Assembly (NCBI RefSeq): GCF_018350175.1
Contig: NC_058368.1
Span: forward strand, 1,488,001-1,552,000
Source: Felis catus
Taxonomy: Eukaryota
Direction: 5' to 3'
DNA length: 64,000 nucleotides
This document shows, in pieces, positions 12,530 to 24,721 of this stretch. Within the stretch, counting starts at the first letter, position 1. Every line of letters starts with the position of its first letter. The position numbers and the translations under genes were made by a program. The notes beneath the pieces are model-generated. The model was not told the origin of the DNA, made no database searches, and worked only from the letters and a program-made list of their open reading frames with translations.

Positions 12530-13434
12530 CTGAAAAGAACATATTCAAATTACTATGGATGATACTGCACTCAGGCCTCAAGCAAAGCAGCTCGTGTCTG
12601 ATTCATTCCTAAAAAAAAAAAAAAAAAAAAATCAATGAACCAATTAGAAAACTACCAGCAATTTTTAAGAGCAAACCAAAAAGCCGCTGAAGAACATGGC
12701 AAGTCTCCGGAAACTCCGGAAACTGGGGGGCGTGGCGTGTATGTGGGAGCTGAACTTTCTAGCTTTGCATAGGCCTGAAAACTCGCAGGATAAAAAAGTC
12801 TGCCGAGCACATGGGGGTTGACTCCACGACAGAACACAGAACAGCACCTCCAGAGAGGCGCTACAAACATCCACAGCAGTCATCACCACTTATTTTCCCT
12901 ACCTGTTCTGACCATCAGAGCAACTTATCTTCAAGGAAAAATCTTATCTTCGTGAAACGAACAAACACGTTACATCCATAATTCCCGAAGAGCTTCTTGA
13001 GAATTCATTTCTAATTGGAAATCCTTTTGAAAAGGACCTTTGTTTCTACAAATCTAAAATTACTTTAACGGGGTGTGGGAGGAGGACAGAGGAGCAAATT
13101 TGGATTAAGTACCGCAGATAACACCACTCTGAAATCCTAATCGTGCACAGAGCCGGCTGGAGTGAGAGGACATTCTCCAACAGCCAAGTGTGGGGCCACA
13201 GGTGAGGCCTGTTCCTGGGAACACGGCGGATACCGCCCTGCTGCGGATGGAAGCGGAAGGGGAGAGGACACTCGGGCTGCGCCCACCCCTTCCCTCCTGC
13301 CACCGACTCCTCTGGGAAATCACACAGCGGTAGCTCCTGCCCAAGACGGGTCCCAGCTTACCCGGAGGCCATAGGCCCTGCAGGGGAGGCATCAAGAACT
13401 CCCAAGGTTCCCTGGAGAATTTATAGGACCATGG

Positions 13435-13592
13435 CCTCAGTATGGTCCGGTAACCATCAGCATCAGAATAAACTGGGTGCTTGTTAAAAATGCAAATTCT
13501 CAGGCCCTCATGAGGGTAGGGTCCTGATATCTGCATTTTAATCAAACATTCTGATGATTTTTGTTCCTGCTGAAGTCTGCGACCCACTACTC
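13435..13592. mobile_element. MER5A/B-like hAT-Charlie MITE
   Basis: cagcatcagaataaactgggtgcttgttaaaaatgcaaattctcaggccc...atctgcattttaatcaa...gaagtctgcgacccact. Confidence 0.75.
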
Positions 13593-15050
13593 GGGGTGTA
13601 GGTCTTCTGTACTCTCAGTGTGGCTACCAAACACACCCGCAAGGCTCTCTCCAGCCCGATGTCAGAGCCCTGTCCTCCCCTCCTCCCCGAGCTACTACGC
13701 AGGGACCCACCGAGGATGCCCTGATTAGTGTAGCGGCATCGTGGTAGCAGAAACGGTATAAACACCAGCAGGCGACCAGAGGTGCGTGAAGGCGAATGTG
13801 CAATGCTGAAGGGCCACTGGGAATTATAGGAGAATCACCCCTCAAAAATAAAGGTTTTCAGGTTTGACTTAGTAATATTGAATCATTAATCATGAAATCT
13901 AATAGTATATTGAAATCAGCGGTGTAAATATTATGACCCGAATTCCGTTTCTGTAATCATCTACAAAGTTTAAAAAGTTTTACTCTGAGGGTAGGGAGTC
14001 AACATTGTGTTTGTTTATACTTTTAAAAAATATAATCAAACCATGTGAAATTTTTATTAAGAACAAAAGGTCATATAAGCGCCACATCTCAAAGACAAGG
14101 AAAAAAATGGAGTCATTTAAGAACTGTAAAGCCCATTGTATTAAATCCCCTTATCACAAAGGGGAAAAAAGCTACAGTAGCTGGCTGGTTGTATTGAGTG
14201 ATTCCTGGATCAGTTAAGTCTGCAAGTTGGGTTCAGTTTAAATGGAGCCTTGTAGTAAAGCCAGAGACTAAGAATGATGCAGATACTGTTTAAGCTAATA
14301 AAAGAGTCCTTGTGAACAGCCTTATTGTGAGTCTGTCACACAGATTCGCCCCTGAAATGCTATGCCTTCTTCAGATCGTCTGATTATCAAAGAGGCAAGA
14401 AAACTTGAACCAGAGGAAACCCAAACCTGCTACAATTATGTAAGGGGTTTTAACGGCACATTTGCTTGAAGTTTTGTTGTTGTTGATGATGATAGCAGCA
14501 ACTGTGTTCAATTTGCTGGGCCAGGGTTATACTGCCTCTGTCCATGTCAAGCCTTGAGTTCATTTCCTTGCTATTCACTGGGGAGCCGATACTCCTTGCC
14601 TGAGTAAGAGTATGAAACGCTATTAACCAGGATTAATCGTCACTTGTGGTTGACTGCAAAGCTAAGAGAGGCAACGGTCATTCTCTTTGCCCTAAAGGGG
14701 CTGGGAGGAAGGGCAGAGAAAAGTCCCAAACAATGAGACAACTGAGAACCCAGCTGCAACGCGGCCTCACTCTCTCTAAACTATAGCAATGGGACCAGGT
14801 GAGAATCCAGCCTTGCCTTCTGAACTCAGTGGTGTTTTTCAGGGGTCCTTTCTAGAGAAAATGGGAAGTGTTAGCAAACATTCTATCACTATTCAAAGTA
14901 ATGAGCTTGACTTTGCTTAATTAAACTCTGACAGCATTTTGGAAGCAATGATTATTATGTTTGTGTTTTGTTTGTTTTGAAGCGGGAGGGAGACACAACA
15001 CATAATAAATGATATTCTCACGCACAACACATAATAAATGATATTCTCTT

Positions 15051-15278
15051 GGGGCGCCTGGGTGGCGCAGTCGGTTGAGCGTCCGACTTCAGCCAGGTCA
15101 CGATCTTGCGGTCCGTGAGTTCGAGCCCCACGTCGGACTCTGGGCTGATGGCTCAGAGCCTGGAGCCTGTTTCCGATTCTGTGTCTCCCTCTCTCTCTGC
15201 CCATCCCCCGTTCATGCTCTGTCTCTGTGTCCCAAAAAAAATAAATAAACGTTGAAAAAAAAATTAAAAAAAAAATAA
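15051..15278 (+). mobile_element. Young felid SINEC_Fc
   Basis: Diagnostic gtggcgcagtcgg, ttcagccaggtcacg, ctgggctgatggctcag, tgtttccgattc; many CpGs retained; TSD aataaatgatattctc at 15033-15048 and 15279-15294. Confidence 0.95.
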
Positions 15279-16344
15279 ATAAATGATATTCTCGCACAAC
15301 CACTATGCTCAGGTTTCAACAAACAAAACTCTGGGGACAAGTAAAGAGAGCACAGCGTAACTTCCCAAGAATCACAACCTTTCCTGGTACATCAGAAGTT
15401 TACTCATCTCAGGAAGTATCAAATAGTTAAAAAGTGAGGTTAAGTTTAAACACTCCTTTTTCCCTTGTCTTCTTGAAAGCAAGAAACTGAATGTTGGTAT
15501 TATAGGCATAACTTTTAATTCTCTCTAACTTACTTATATTTTAAAGGACAAATCATGTATAGACTTTGGTGTTTTGTGATTAGAGTTACCTGTGACAGCA
15601 TTCAACTCATTAGGAATGTTCTAGAAAGGCAACATGGCCATGGCAAGTCAGAGCACTGGATAATTCCCAGGCAAAGGGAGTCCTACCTAGGAACTCACTT
15701 CCGAAGTTTACTCACTCGCTGTGCAACAATACACATCTTCCAAAACAAATATTTTCATGGGGAAAATGAAATTTCATTATTTTTTTTTTTTAAATCAGTT
15801 CAGGCATTTTAGATAGGCGTCCTGTTGCTAGAAAATCTACATTTGTTAATGCAAAACATTTGGAAGCAATCTTCAATGTGCCTTCCAGAAAGAAAGCAAA
15901 ACTAGATTAGAAGACTTTAGTACTCAAAATATTTTACATGCAAAGAAGTCCTCTTAGCCAATCGTAGGGGAAGGACATGGCAAGAAAAAGGTGAGCTAAA
16001 ACCTCACTTCAACCATGGCAGAAGGAAATTCTCTCTCAAACTAAAGATGGAAGTGATCCACATTATAAAATTTGTTAGCACTAATTGTATCTTGTCAAGT
16101 TTTATTGCCACAGGCCATAAACTGCACTAAGCCCTAACCAGAGGCTCGTTCTTTTCCTTGAAATAAAAATAAAAAACATTTTTAAAGCATATTACAAATC
16201 CTAAACAGAGTTCCACGATAATCTGGAACAAATTGTATCCACTCTAGAGAGACCTTTCCAAAGTAAAAACCAGTGTAGGCCACAGATTTAGGAACATTAC
16301 TTCCTGGGGATTAGGTGTTAAGGTTACCTGGATTGTTTGCTTTA

Positions 16345-16565
16345 CATCTGTTTATTTTTGAGAGACAGAGAGTGACAGACAGACTGCAAGCGGGGGGGGG
16401 GGGGGGGGCGGGGGCAGAGAGAGAGGAGACACAGAACGGGAAGCAGGCTCCAGGATCCGAGCTGTCGGCACAGAGCCCGACGCGGGGCTCAAACCCAGGA
16501 GCCGTGAGACCATGACCTGAGCCCAAGTCGGAAGCTTTCCCCACTGAGCCACCCAGGCACCTCTG
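16345..16565 (-). mobile_element. Can-SINE with internal G17 run
   Basis: Reverse-complement SINE; TSD ttgtttgcttta at 16333-16344 and 16566-16577. Confidence 0.95.
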
Positions 16566-17721
16566 TTGTTTGCTTTAAACAGCAGCCCTTTCTACGGGTA
16601 ACCACAGGGGACGGAGAAGAGGCTGAAATGGCACCTGCACCACTTGCTGTCCCGATGATGAGTCTATTCCCACCCTCATTCCAAGGTTATTTCTGGGACC
16701 TTTAATGAAATCATTTATTTAGAATTGGGTTAGAATGCCTGCCAGGAAAAAATTACAATTAAAATTATTTTTTTTAAGCCTGCAATTAGCAGACAGTGCA
16801 TTTCTAATAGTTCTCATGAGGAAGACTTGGGATTTTTAATACAAAGTGCTGGGAAGAGCATGAAACAAAACTGGAGAAGGATTAAGCAAGGCATAGGCAT
16901 GAATTTTTAAGACAAATAAAAAACAAGTAAGTTGATGTGAAGGCTATCACATCAATCACTGAGACCATTTGTTACCAGGGAGGACTGTGTTTGAATTCCA
17001 GGTGACAAATTCGAGAAGACTACGTGTATTACCTTTTTACATGACTTTCTTTTTGCCTCTGTGTCAGACACATATGTAATGCATTTCCACCAGTGATCTC
17101 TCTTTATAAAGCAGCACTTCTCAAAGCAGCAGAGGACAGGGAGAGGTCTATTTGTGAGGTTTGGGGGCAGGGGGGAAACATAGACATTTAAACACAATGC
17201 TTTTGCTAATAATAATTGGACTATGTATTTTCAGCCCAAACCCTTTGTTATTGCAATGAGTGAAACAACAAATTGCACTCAACATATTTTGTTGGATGAC
17301 AACCATTGTTTTATGAAAACATTCTCATTTTTGAAAACTCAGGTTTTATAGTATCATAAACTAGTTTCATTTGCAACCACGTATATGTTTGACTATAAAA
17401 TAATTTTATAGTACTCTCAACGGGAACAGCATCATCAAGGCAACAGCTATCCATATTTTGACCCCATCTGTCCAGAGGATAAACCAAAAAGTCAAAATTT
17501 GTAGGTGTAATTAAAACAGTTCTTATTTATCCTTCAAATCTTTTTTAATAAAAGAAAGCCCAAAATATTAACAAGCCGAGCATCCAATTTAAGAAGCCGA
17601 AATAGAACACAATAAATCCAAAGAAAAATTAAAAGATGATACCAGAACATAGCAGAAACCAATAAAATAGAATATAAGGCAAATAAAGAACCATTAGTTC
17701 TTTAAAAAGACTCCCAGCATC

Positions 17722-17930
17722 GGGGAGCCTGCGTGGCTCAGTTGGTTGAGCATCTGACTTCAGCTCAGGTCACGATCTCATGGTTCGTGGGTTCAAACCC
17801 CATGTCGGGCTCTCTGCTGTCAGCGTGGAGCCTGCTTCGGATCCTCTGTCCCCCCTTCTCTTTCTGTCCCTCCCCCACTTGTGCTCTCTCAAAAATCAAT
17901 AAACATTAAAAAAAGAAAAATATTAAAAGA
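17722..17930 (+). mobile_element. Can-SINE
   Basis: ggggagcctgcgtggctcagttggttgagc head, CT tract, A tail. Confidence 0.93.
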
Positions 17931-18004
17931 AAAGGAAATGGCTACATTTAAACAAACAACAATACTGTAAAACAGAATTCAAAGCAAAAAAGCAAGAATT
18001 TTTT

Positions 18005-18095
18005 TCAGTTTGTTGCTGTATTCCCAGCTCCAAGAACAATGTGTGACAAATAGCAGGTATTCAGGAAACATTTGTTGAATCGATGAATTAACTAA
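18005..18095 (+). mobile_element. L2 3' end fragment
   Basis: gctgtattcccagctccaagaacaatgtgtgacaaatagcaggtattcaggaaacatttgttgaat. Confidence 0.65.
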
Positions 18096-18602
18096 CGAAA
18101 ACTTCTGTGACATAGTAGTCGATTTCATACGATGCCTCCCCAAGCTCACTGAATACATATATTATCATTACACTATTTTAGAGGAAATGTCTAAAGGCTG
18201 AAGGAACAAACATCAGGCACCTCCCTGCCTTCTGGCAGCCGATGTGGCAATCCTGGCCATTTCTGGACCTACACGTTCAAAACAGACGCCTATCTGCCAT
18301 GGACTGAAACCCTGTCCTCTTTTACTAAGCATTTTTTCTGACTGAGGAAAATACTCCGTTGAAAGTCCGGGCAGTGTTTCCCGGTCCTTCCTCCCCAATT
18401 TCTGCAACAGCATGAAGCCCTGAGGGTGAACGGCTCTGTCTCCTTTCAGTATCACATGTGATGGATGGACTCTCAGCTACTGCGACGTGTCGCACGTTGC
18501 ATAAGCGGATGCTGCTGCTGCTAAGGCCCCGCCCGTCACTCAGCTACGAGTCACATTGCTAATCCCACGGATAGTACTCCATGGTAAAAACAACCTCCAG
18601 TA

Positions 18603-18854
18603 TTTTTTAAATTTTTCGTTGTTGTTTTTTTTTTTTTAATTTGAGAGAGAGAGCACAAGCAGGGAAGAGGGGCAGAGGAAGAGGGGCGGGGAGAACGAGA
18701 GCAAGTGAAAGCGAGAGAGGAGAGAGAGAGAATCTTAAGCAGGCTCCACGCTTAGCAGAGTCCAATGTGGGGCTCGATCCCCTTAGCCTGGGATCACGAC
18801 CTGAGCCGAAATCAAGAGTTGGGCGCTCAACCAACTGAGCCACCCAGACACCCC
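18603..18854 (-). mobile_element. Can-SINE
   Basis: T-rich tail, GA tract, ends caactgagccacccagacacccc. Confidence 0.93.
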
Positions 18855-19228
18855 TCTAGAATTTTTTTTAGTAGAAAAAATTCTGTCACCGGTATCTAGT
18901 GCAATGACTCCCACTTAATTTACAGTATAAACCTTAACGTTATGCCACATCCCACAGAAGCTCCTCTTGGTATAGGTATTGTGTACTGGTCTTCTGGAAT
19001 CTTGAAGAAGGCTACTACACAAAGTGGATCAATTGAGGGAACCTTGAGAAGATGGAAGTCGAACACTGGCTGACAAGTTACTAAATGTTAGCATTAACAT
19101 CTGAATTAAAAGACATTTCTGACGAGGAACTAGCTTATGCAAGGAACTTTCCCACTCAGAATAAGATATAGTCCCTGCTTTTCAAGAAGCACATGTTTTA
19201 AGAAGCAGATAGGAAGACAGACACCCAC

Positions 19229-19440
19229 GGGGCACCTGGGTGGCTCAGCCAGCGGAGCGCCTGACTCTTGGTTTCAGCTCAGGTCATGGTCTCACAGTTT
19301 CATGGGTTCTAGCCCCATGTCGGGCTCCGCTCTGACGGCACCGCTGAGGCTGCTTGGGATTCTTTCTCTCCACCTCTGTCTGTGTCCCTTCCCCACTCGC
19401 GCTGTCTTGGTCTCTCTCAAAAAAATAAACTAAAAAAAAA
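19229..19440 (+). mobile_element. Can-SINE
   Basis: ggggcacctgggtggctcag head, A tail. Confidence 0.93.
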
Positions 19441-19612
19441 TAGACATCCATGCAAGTAGCTACAACAGAGCAGATAATACGCACTGTAACAAAAGTAAGC
19501 AAAATGACGATACGGCACCAAGCCAGAAGGCCACACCCACCTGGTCAGACTTGAGGATTACAGATACTACTGGTCAAATAGGAATACTAATCCAGTACCA
19601 CAAACTGCTCTC

Positions 19613-19834
19613 TTTTTTTTTTTTTTATAAAATTTTTTAAATCTTTATTTTTGAGAAAGAGAGAGTCAAAGTTCAAGCGGGGAAGGAACAGAGAGTGGGG
19701 GAGACCCAGAATCCAAAGTAGGGTCCAGGCTCCGAGCCGTCAGCACAGAGCCCGACACGGGGCTCGAACTCACAAACTGCAAGATCATGACCTGAGCCGA
19801 AGTCGGACGCTTATCTGAGTCACCCAGGCGCCCC
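19613..19834 (-). mobile_element. Can-SINE
   Basis: TSD accacaaactgctct at 19597-19611 and 19835-19849. Confidence 0.95.
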
Positions 19835-20009
19835 ACCACAAACTGCTCTTAAGTACAATCAGTGGGGGGGAAACATTGGTAACAACAGAAGGAACATAAA
19901 AATGTTTTTATGTGATCTCCAAAGGTCTTATTTGCCAACCATACCCCAGGGCCTACCACTGGGCACAGAAGGAGCTGTGAGAACAAACTACTTGTAGAGA
20001 GCATTCCAC

Positions 20010-20700
20010 TTTTAGGAATGGTACACTAGATTGTTATGGACAACCCTGCTGAGAACAACTAAAAAAGCTGAAAACATACAAAAAAGAATCTGTCTGAAAC
20101 AGTGAAGAACAGCAGGGCCGAGATAGGGTCGTAGGGAAACTTGGAGACATCAGCCTTATGTATATGGCTCCTCTTTTATTCTCAAGGCAATTGCTTATTT
20201 CAAAAGCACAGACAAGAGGGCGGAAACACTAATCACGGTTTCTGGCAGATGCAGATTGTTGAGAGAAAACTGGAGCTCAGGGCCTGGTAACTGCTCTAGG
20301 TTCTAGCCGGGACCCTCAAGGGCTATACCCTAGAGTAACAGTGACCAGTCCTCATATGTCTCCACTCATCTCAGCCATGATTAAATTAAAGGCATGAGCT
20401 CCTGGCTTCTCTGAAGGACAAAAGCATAACCAGAGCCTTGATTGTTTCTAAGCAATGTCTCACACTCAAACACAGAAATGAAACAGGTAGCACCAAAGAC
20501 CTGATTGAAAATCAAGAGAAAAAACAGACTTTAGAAATAGACCCATAGGATATCCAGAGCATGGTGTTATCAGACATCAACTTTGAAATAACTATTATTA
20601 ATATGTTTAAGAATGAAAAGATCATGAAAATTTTTAGCATATAACTAGAAACTATAAAAAGAATCAAATGGAAATTCAACAACTGAAAAATACAATGAAG
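20010..20700 (+). mobile_element. Old L1M 5' region / ORF1 start relic
   Basis: agaaatagacccatag...ttatcagacatcaactttgaaataactattattaatatgttt...aaagaatcaaatggaaattc...actgaaaaatacaat, typical of old L1 ORF1 5' part. Confidence 0.65.
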
Positions 20701-20701
20701 A

Positions 20702-20820
20702 CTTTTATTTTTAAATGTTTATTTATGTTGAGAGAGAGTATGAGCGAGGAAGGGGCAGAGAGAGAGGGGGAGAGAGAATCCCAAGCAGGCTCCATGCTGT
20801 CAGCGCAGAGCCCCATGTGC
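20702..20820 (-). mobile_element. 5'-truncated Can-SINE
   Basis: aatgtttatttat...gagagagaatcccaagcaggctccatgctgtcagcgcagagccc. Confidence 0.88.
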
Positions 20821-20986
20821 TAAGAAAGGAAAAGTTCTCTTCCAACTGAAGATTTTGAAGCACAAACTATCCCCAAATTAAAGACTCTAATCAATGCAAA
20901 ACTCATCTTGGTAAAACAGTTAATGAGAACACACACCCTACCAACAGGTATGTGTTTAGTCAGAGTCTCTAGATTAACAAAGTCGA

Positions 20987-21203
20987 GGGGCGCCTGGGTG
21001 GCTCAGTCAGTTGAGCATCCGACTTCGGCTCAGGTCATGATCTCGTGGTTTGTGGGTTCTAGCCCCGCGTCGGGCTCTGTGCTGACAGCTCAGAGCCTGA
21101 AGCCTGCTTCAGATTCTGTGTCTCCCTCTCTCTCTGCCCCGCCCCCCCCCCGCCACTCACACTCTCTCTCTCCTTCAGAAATAAACATTAACAAAAAAAA
21201 ATT
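20987..21203 (+). mobile_element. Can-SINE
   Basis: TSD tagattaacaaagtcg at 20970-20985 and 21204-21219. Confidence 0.95.
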
Positions 21204-22299
21204 TAGATTAACAAAGTCGCAATCCTTCCCGATTAAAAAAAAAAAAAAGACAGCAACAAAATAAACCCATGACTGAAGCCATGAGTCATAGCCTTTTAGT
21301 TTAAACTAAAAGAGAATGAACCCTATTTTAAGAACTGTGCATAAGGACGAGCTGTCAGCAGCTTTTGTCACCCTACTGGTCATCAGGTGATCTGCTGGTC
21401 TGGCTAGTTTTACCCTTTCTGCTCTCTCCACTTCCCTTAAGGAAGAAGATTCTCCTCTTCATCCAAATGCATGCAAGGACAGTGCAAGTACCAAGCAGAG
21501 GGAGTCTCTTCTTCTCATTTTACTGCTCTCTACGTCACTCAAACTAGCCCACTAAGGATTGTTTAAAAAAAAAATATTTACCAGTTTTGGTATAAGAAAA
21601 CAGCCATTCTAACCCTGTATATAGCTTCAAAGCAATGTAGCATATAGCTTCTTGTGTCTCACTATTGCATTAACTTAGACAATATTCTTGGCTGGTTAAA
21701 CACCTTTAAGAAACCAGCTCAAAGATAGGACCAACTAACTGGATGATAAAGTCTGCACATCTACCCACGGTTTAATCCAAAATCAGGAAAATTCCTTGTT
21801 ACTCCTGTGATAGGACAGCTAAATATTACTTACTAAATAATAAAAACAAACAAACAAAAAGTCCTTCCTTTGTGGCAAAACGATTTTATAATCCAGTTTT
21901 TGGAAATTTTAGCAATCATTTAAGTCCATATTTATGCCAAAAAGATTTAAGAACAGATGGATAGGCTTACTCCTGTGAAGGAGAGCTGACAGACAAGTCT
22001 ACTAGTGCATGATGAGACCCATTCACTTTCCAATCCACTTAGGACTACGACCAGTAGATATAAAGTTCTCGAAGTTCAAATGTCCATAGGAAAAATCTAA
22101 GGGAAATCATTGGAAACAACTGTGATCTGACAAATGACTTGTTCAATATGTGAATACAAATACATTTCAATTCACTTAAGTGACTGGAGACAACAGCACA
22201 AAAACCTACCATTGCTGAAAACCCATCATAATTGCGGGGAGGGAACTGAAATAAAAACCCTTATCCCTAGGGGACGAGCAGGCAGAGATGCTGGGAGAG

Positions 22300-23789
22300 A
22301 GCTAAGGGCACTACGGAAGCCACATCCCTAAGCTCCCAGGGACACAGTGCCTGCCTAAGACTAAGGTCTGACCTGAACTACAAGAAAAGCCCCTTCACTG
22401 CTCCCATCACCAGGCTGACAAGTGTAAGGTAACAAGTAACAGGAGAATACTTCTGGGAGAGGGACCGAATGGGAATATGGAAAGAAATCCTCTCTGCGGG
22501 CGTGCAAAGGAAGACTGAAAGCTGAAGGTGAAGATATTGAGAGGGGAAAAACTTCTGGCCAACCAGTCTTGGTTTTATTCACAAGGTATTACTGGAAGAA
22601 TTTGAAACTGTAGTGCACCAAGAATGACCACAGCAATTACAAACCTAAACCTCGACCAACTCCTAAGTACATTAACTCAAATCCCCACTGTAAAAGCCTC
22701 ACAGAAGAAAACGCATGCCAAATCCCAGGGGTAAAAACTGTTTACCTCAGTAATACTCTCCTACCCAAGACGTCTGGCTTTCAAAAACAAATCATTGTGA
22801 GGCATACAAAAAAGTACACACCCAAGAGACAAAGTGATCATCAGGACCGGACTCCAAAGTGATTCAGACGGTGTCACAATCTGACAGTGAATTTAAAGTA
22901 ACTACAATTAATATGTTAAGAGCTCTAATGGAAAGTATGAAATCACATGGGTAATTTTTAGCAGATCGATGGAAACGATTTAAAAAAAGTACCAAAGAGA
23001 ATATTAAAAAATGAAAGAGTAACAGAGAACATCTTTGACCAGTTCATCAGGAGACTCAAAACAGCTGAGGAAAGAATCAGTGAACTTAAAGATGAGTCAA
23101 AGGAAATTATCCAAAATGAAGAAACAAAGAACAAAAACACTCAGAACATACAGAGCATCCAAGGCCTGTAGGAAAAATATCAAATGATGGAACACTTGTG
23201 TAACTGGAATCCCAGAAGAGACAGGGAAAAAATATGAAAGAAATGATGGCTGAGACTATTCCAAAACTAATAAAAATCACTAAGTCATATGACCAAGAAG
23301 CTCAGAAAACACACTGCAGGATAAATAAACCTCCTTACCCTAAAACTCCCACAAATCTAGATATATGATATTCAAATTGCTAAACTTACTGAAGACAAAA
23401 ATACTGAAGGTAGTCAGAAGAAAGTTACATAATACACACAAGAACAAAGGTAAAATTGCAAGACTTGGTGAGAGATCAAGCAGAATACAAGATAATGGAG
23501 TAACATCTTTAGGTGCTAAAAGAAAAAAAACCTGTCAACCTAGAGTTCTATACCCAGTAAAATTATCTTTCAAAAAAAGAAGGAAAAAAAATTTAACTGA
23601 GAAAACAACTCAGGGAATTCATTCCCATAAGACCTAGTCTTATGAAAAGTCTGCAGACAGAAGGAAAAGAAGAAACCAGACAGAAAACTGGATCCACACA
23701 AAGAAATGAAGAACAGTGGAAATGGAATAAATAAGATAAAAAAATGTTTTCTTGTTTTCAATTCCTCTGAAGTATAACTGAATAGCCAA

Positions 23790-23827
<38 letters not shown>

Positions 23828-23850
23828 AAAAAATTTACAATGCATTGTAA
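22300..23850 (+). mobile_element. Old L1, 5' region and ORF1 relic (left part of interrupted element)
   Basis: ORF 23365..23637 (KILKVVRRK...KKTCQPRVLYPVKLSFK) matches the L1 ORF1p C-terminus; A-rich sense strand. Confidence 0.8.
23793..23824. repeat. A32 homopolymer
   Basis: 32 consecutive A. Confidence 0.95.
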
Positions 23851-24721
23851 TGAAATGCATTAATTGATTTTCAAATATTGAATAAGCCTGGAGTGTGTGG
23901 GATAAATCCCACTCGGTCATGGTAAATAATTCTTTTTCTACCTTTTTGGATTTGATTTGTTGATTTTGTATTGTAGATTTTTGTATCTATGTTCATGAGA
24001 AGTATTGGTCTATACTTCCCTTTTATCGTAATGTCTTCATCTAGTTTTGATATTGTGGTAATGCTGGCCTCTCAGAATGAGTTGGGAAGTACTCCCTCTG
24101 CTTCTGTCTCCTGAGGTTATAAAGAACTGATACACTTTCCTCCCCAAATGGTTGGTAGAATTCACCAGTGAAACCACCTCAGCCTGGTGTTTCTTTTTAA
24201 GAAGATTATCAATTATTTCTTTATCATACATAGGCTTATTCAGATCATCTATTTCTTCTTGTGTGAGTTTTGGCAGACTTTTGTCTTCCAAGTAATTGGT
24301 CCATTTCACCTAAGTTTTCTGGTTTGTGGGAATAGAGCTGTTCACGGTATTCCTTCATTATCCATTTTACTGTCCATATGATCTACAGATCTCTTTCATT
24401 TCTGATATTAGCAATTTGTGTCCTCTTTCTGTTTTTCCTTAGTTAGCCAGCTAGAGGAATATCAATTTTACTGGTCTTTTCAAAGAAACAGCTTTTGGTT
24501 TTGTTGATTTTCTCTATGGACTTCCTATTTTCATTTTCATTGATTTCTGCCCTAATTATTATTTCTTTTCTTCTGCTTATTTTGGATTTAATTGTATCTA
24601 TTTCTTCTAGTTTCTTAAGGTGAAAACTTTTATTATTGATTTTAGATATTTCTCCTTTTCTAATACATGCATTCAGTGCTATAAATTTCCCTCTGATCAC
24701 TGCTTTCACTGCATACCACAT

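Noticed and set aside
13790..13830. Sequence vaguely resembling another CRYL1 exon (caatgctgaagg, NAEG)
   Set aside because: Wrong strand and wrong position; similarity does not extend.
15051..15130. tRNA-like A-box/B-box sequences at SINE heads
   Set aside because: They are the tRNA-derived heads of Can-SINEs, followed by CT tracts, A tails and TSDs; not tRNA genes.
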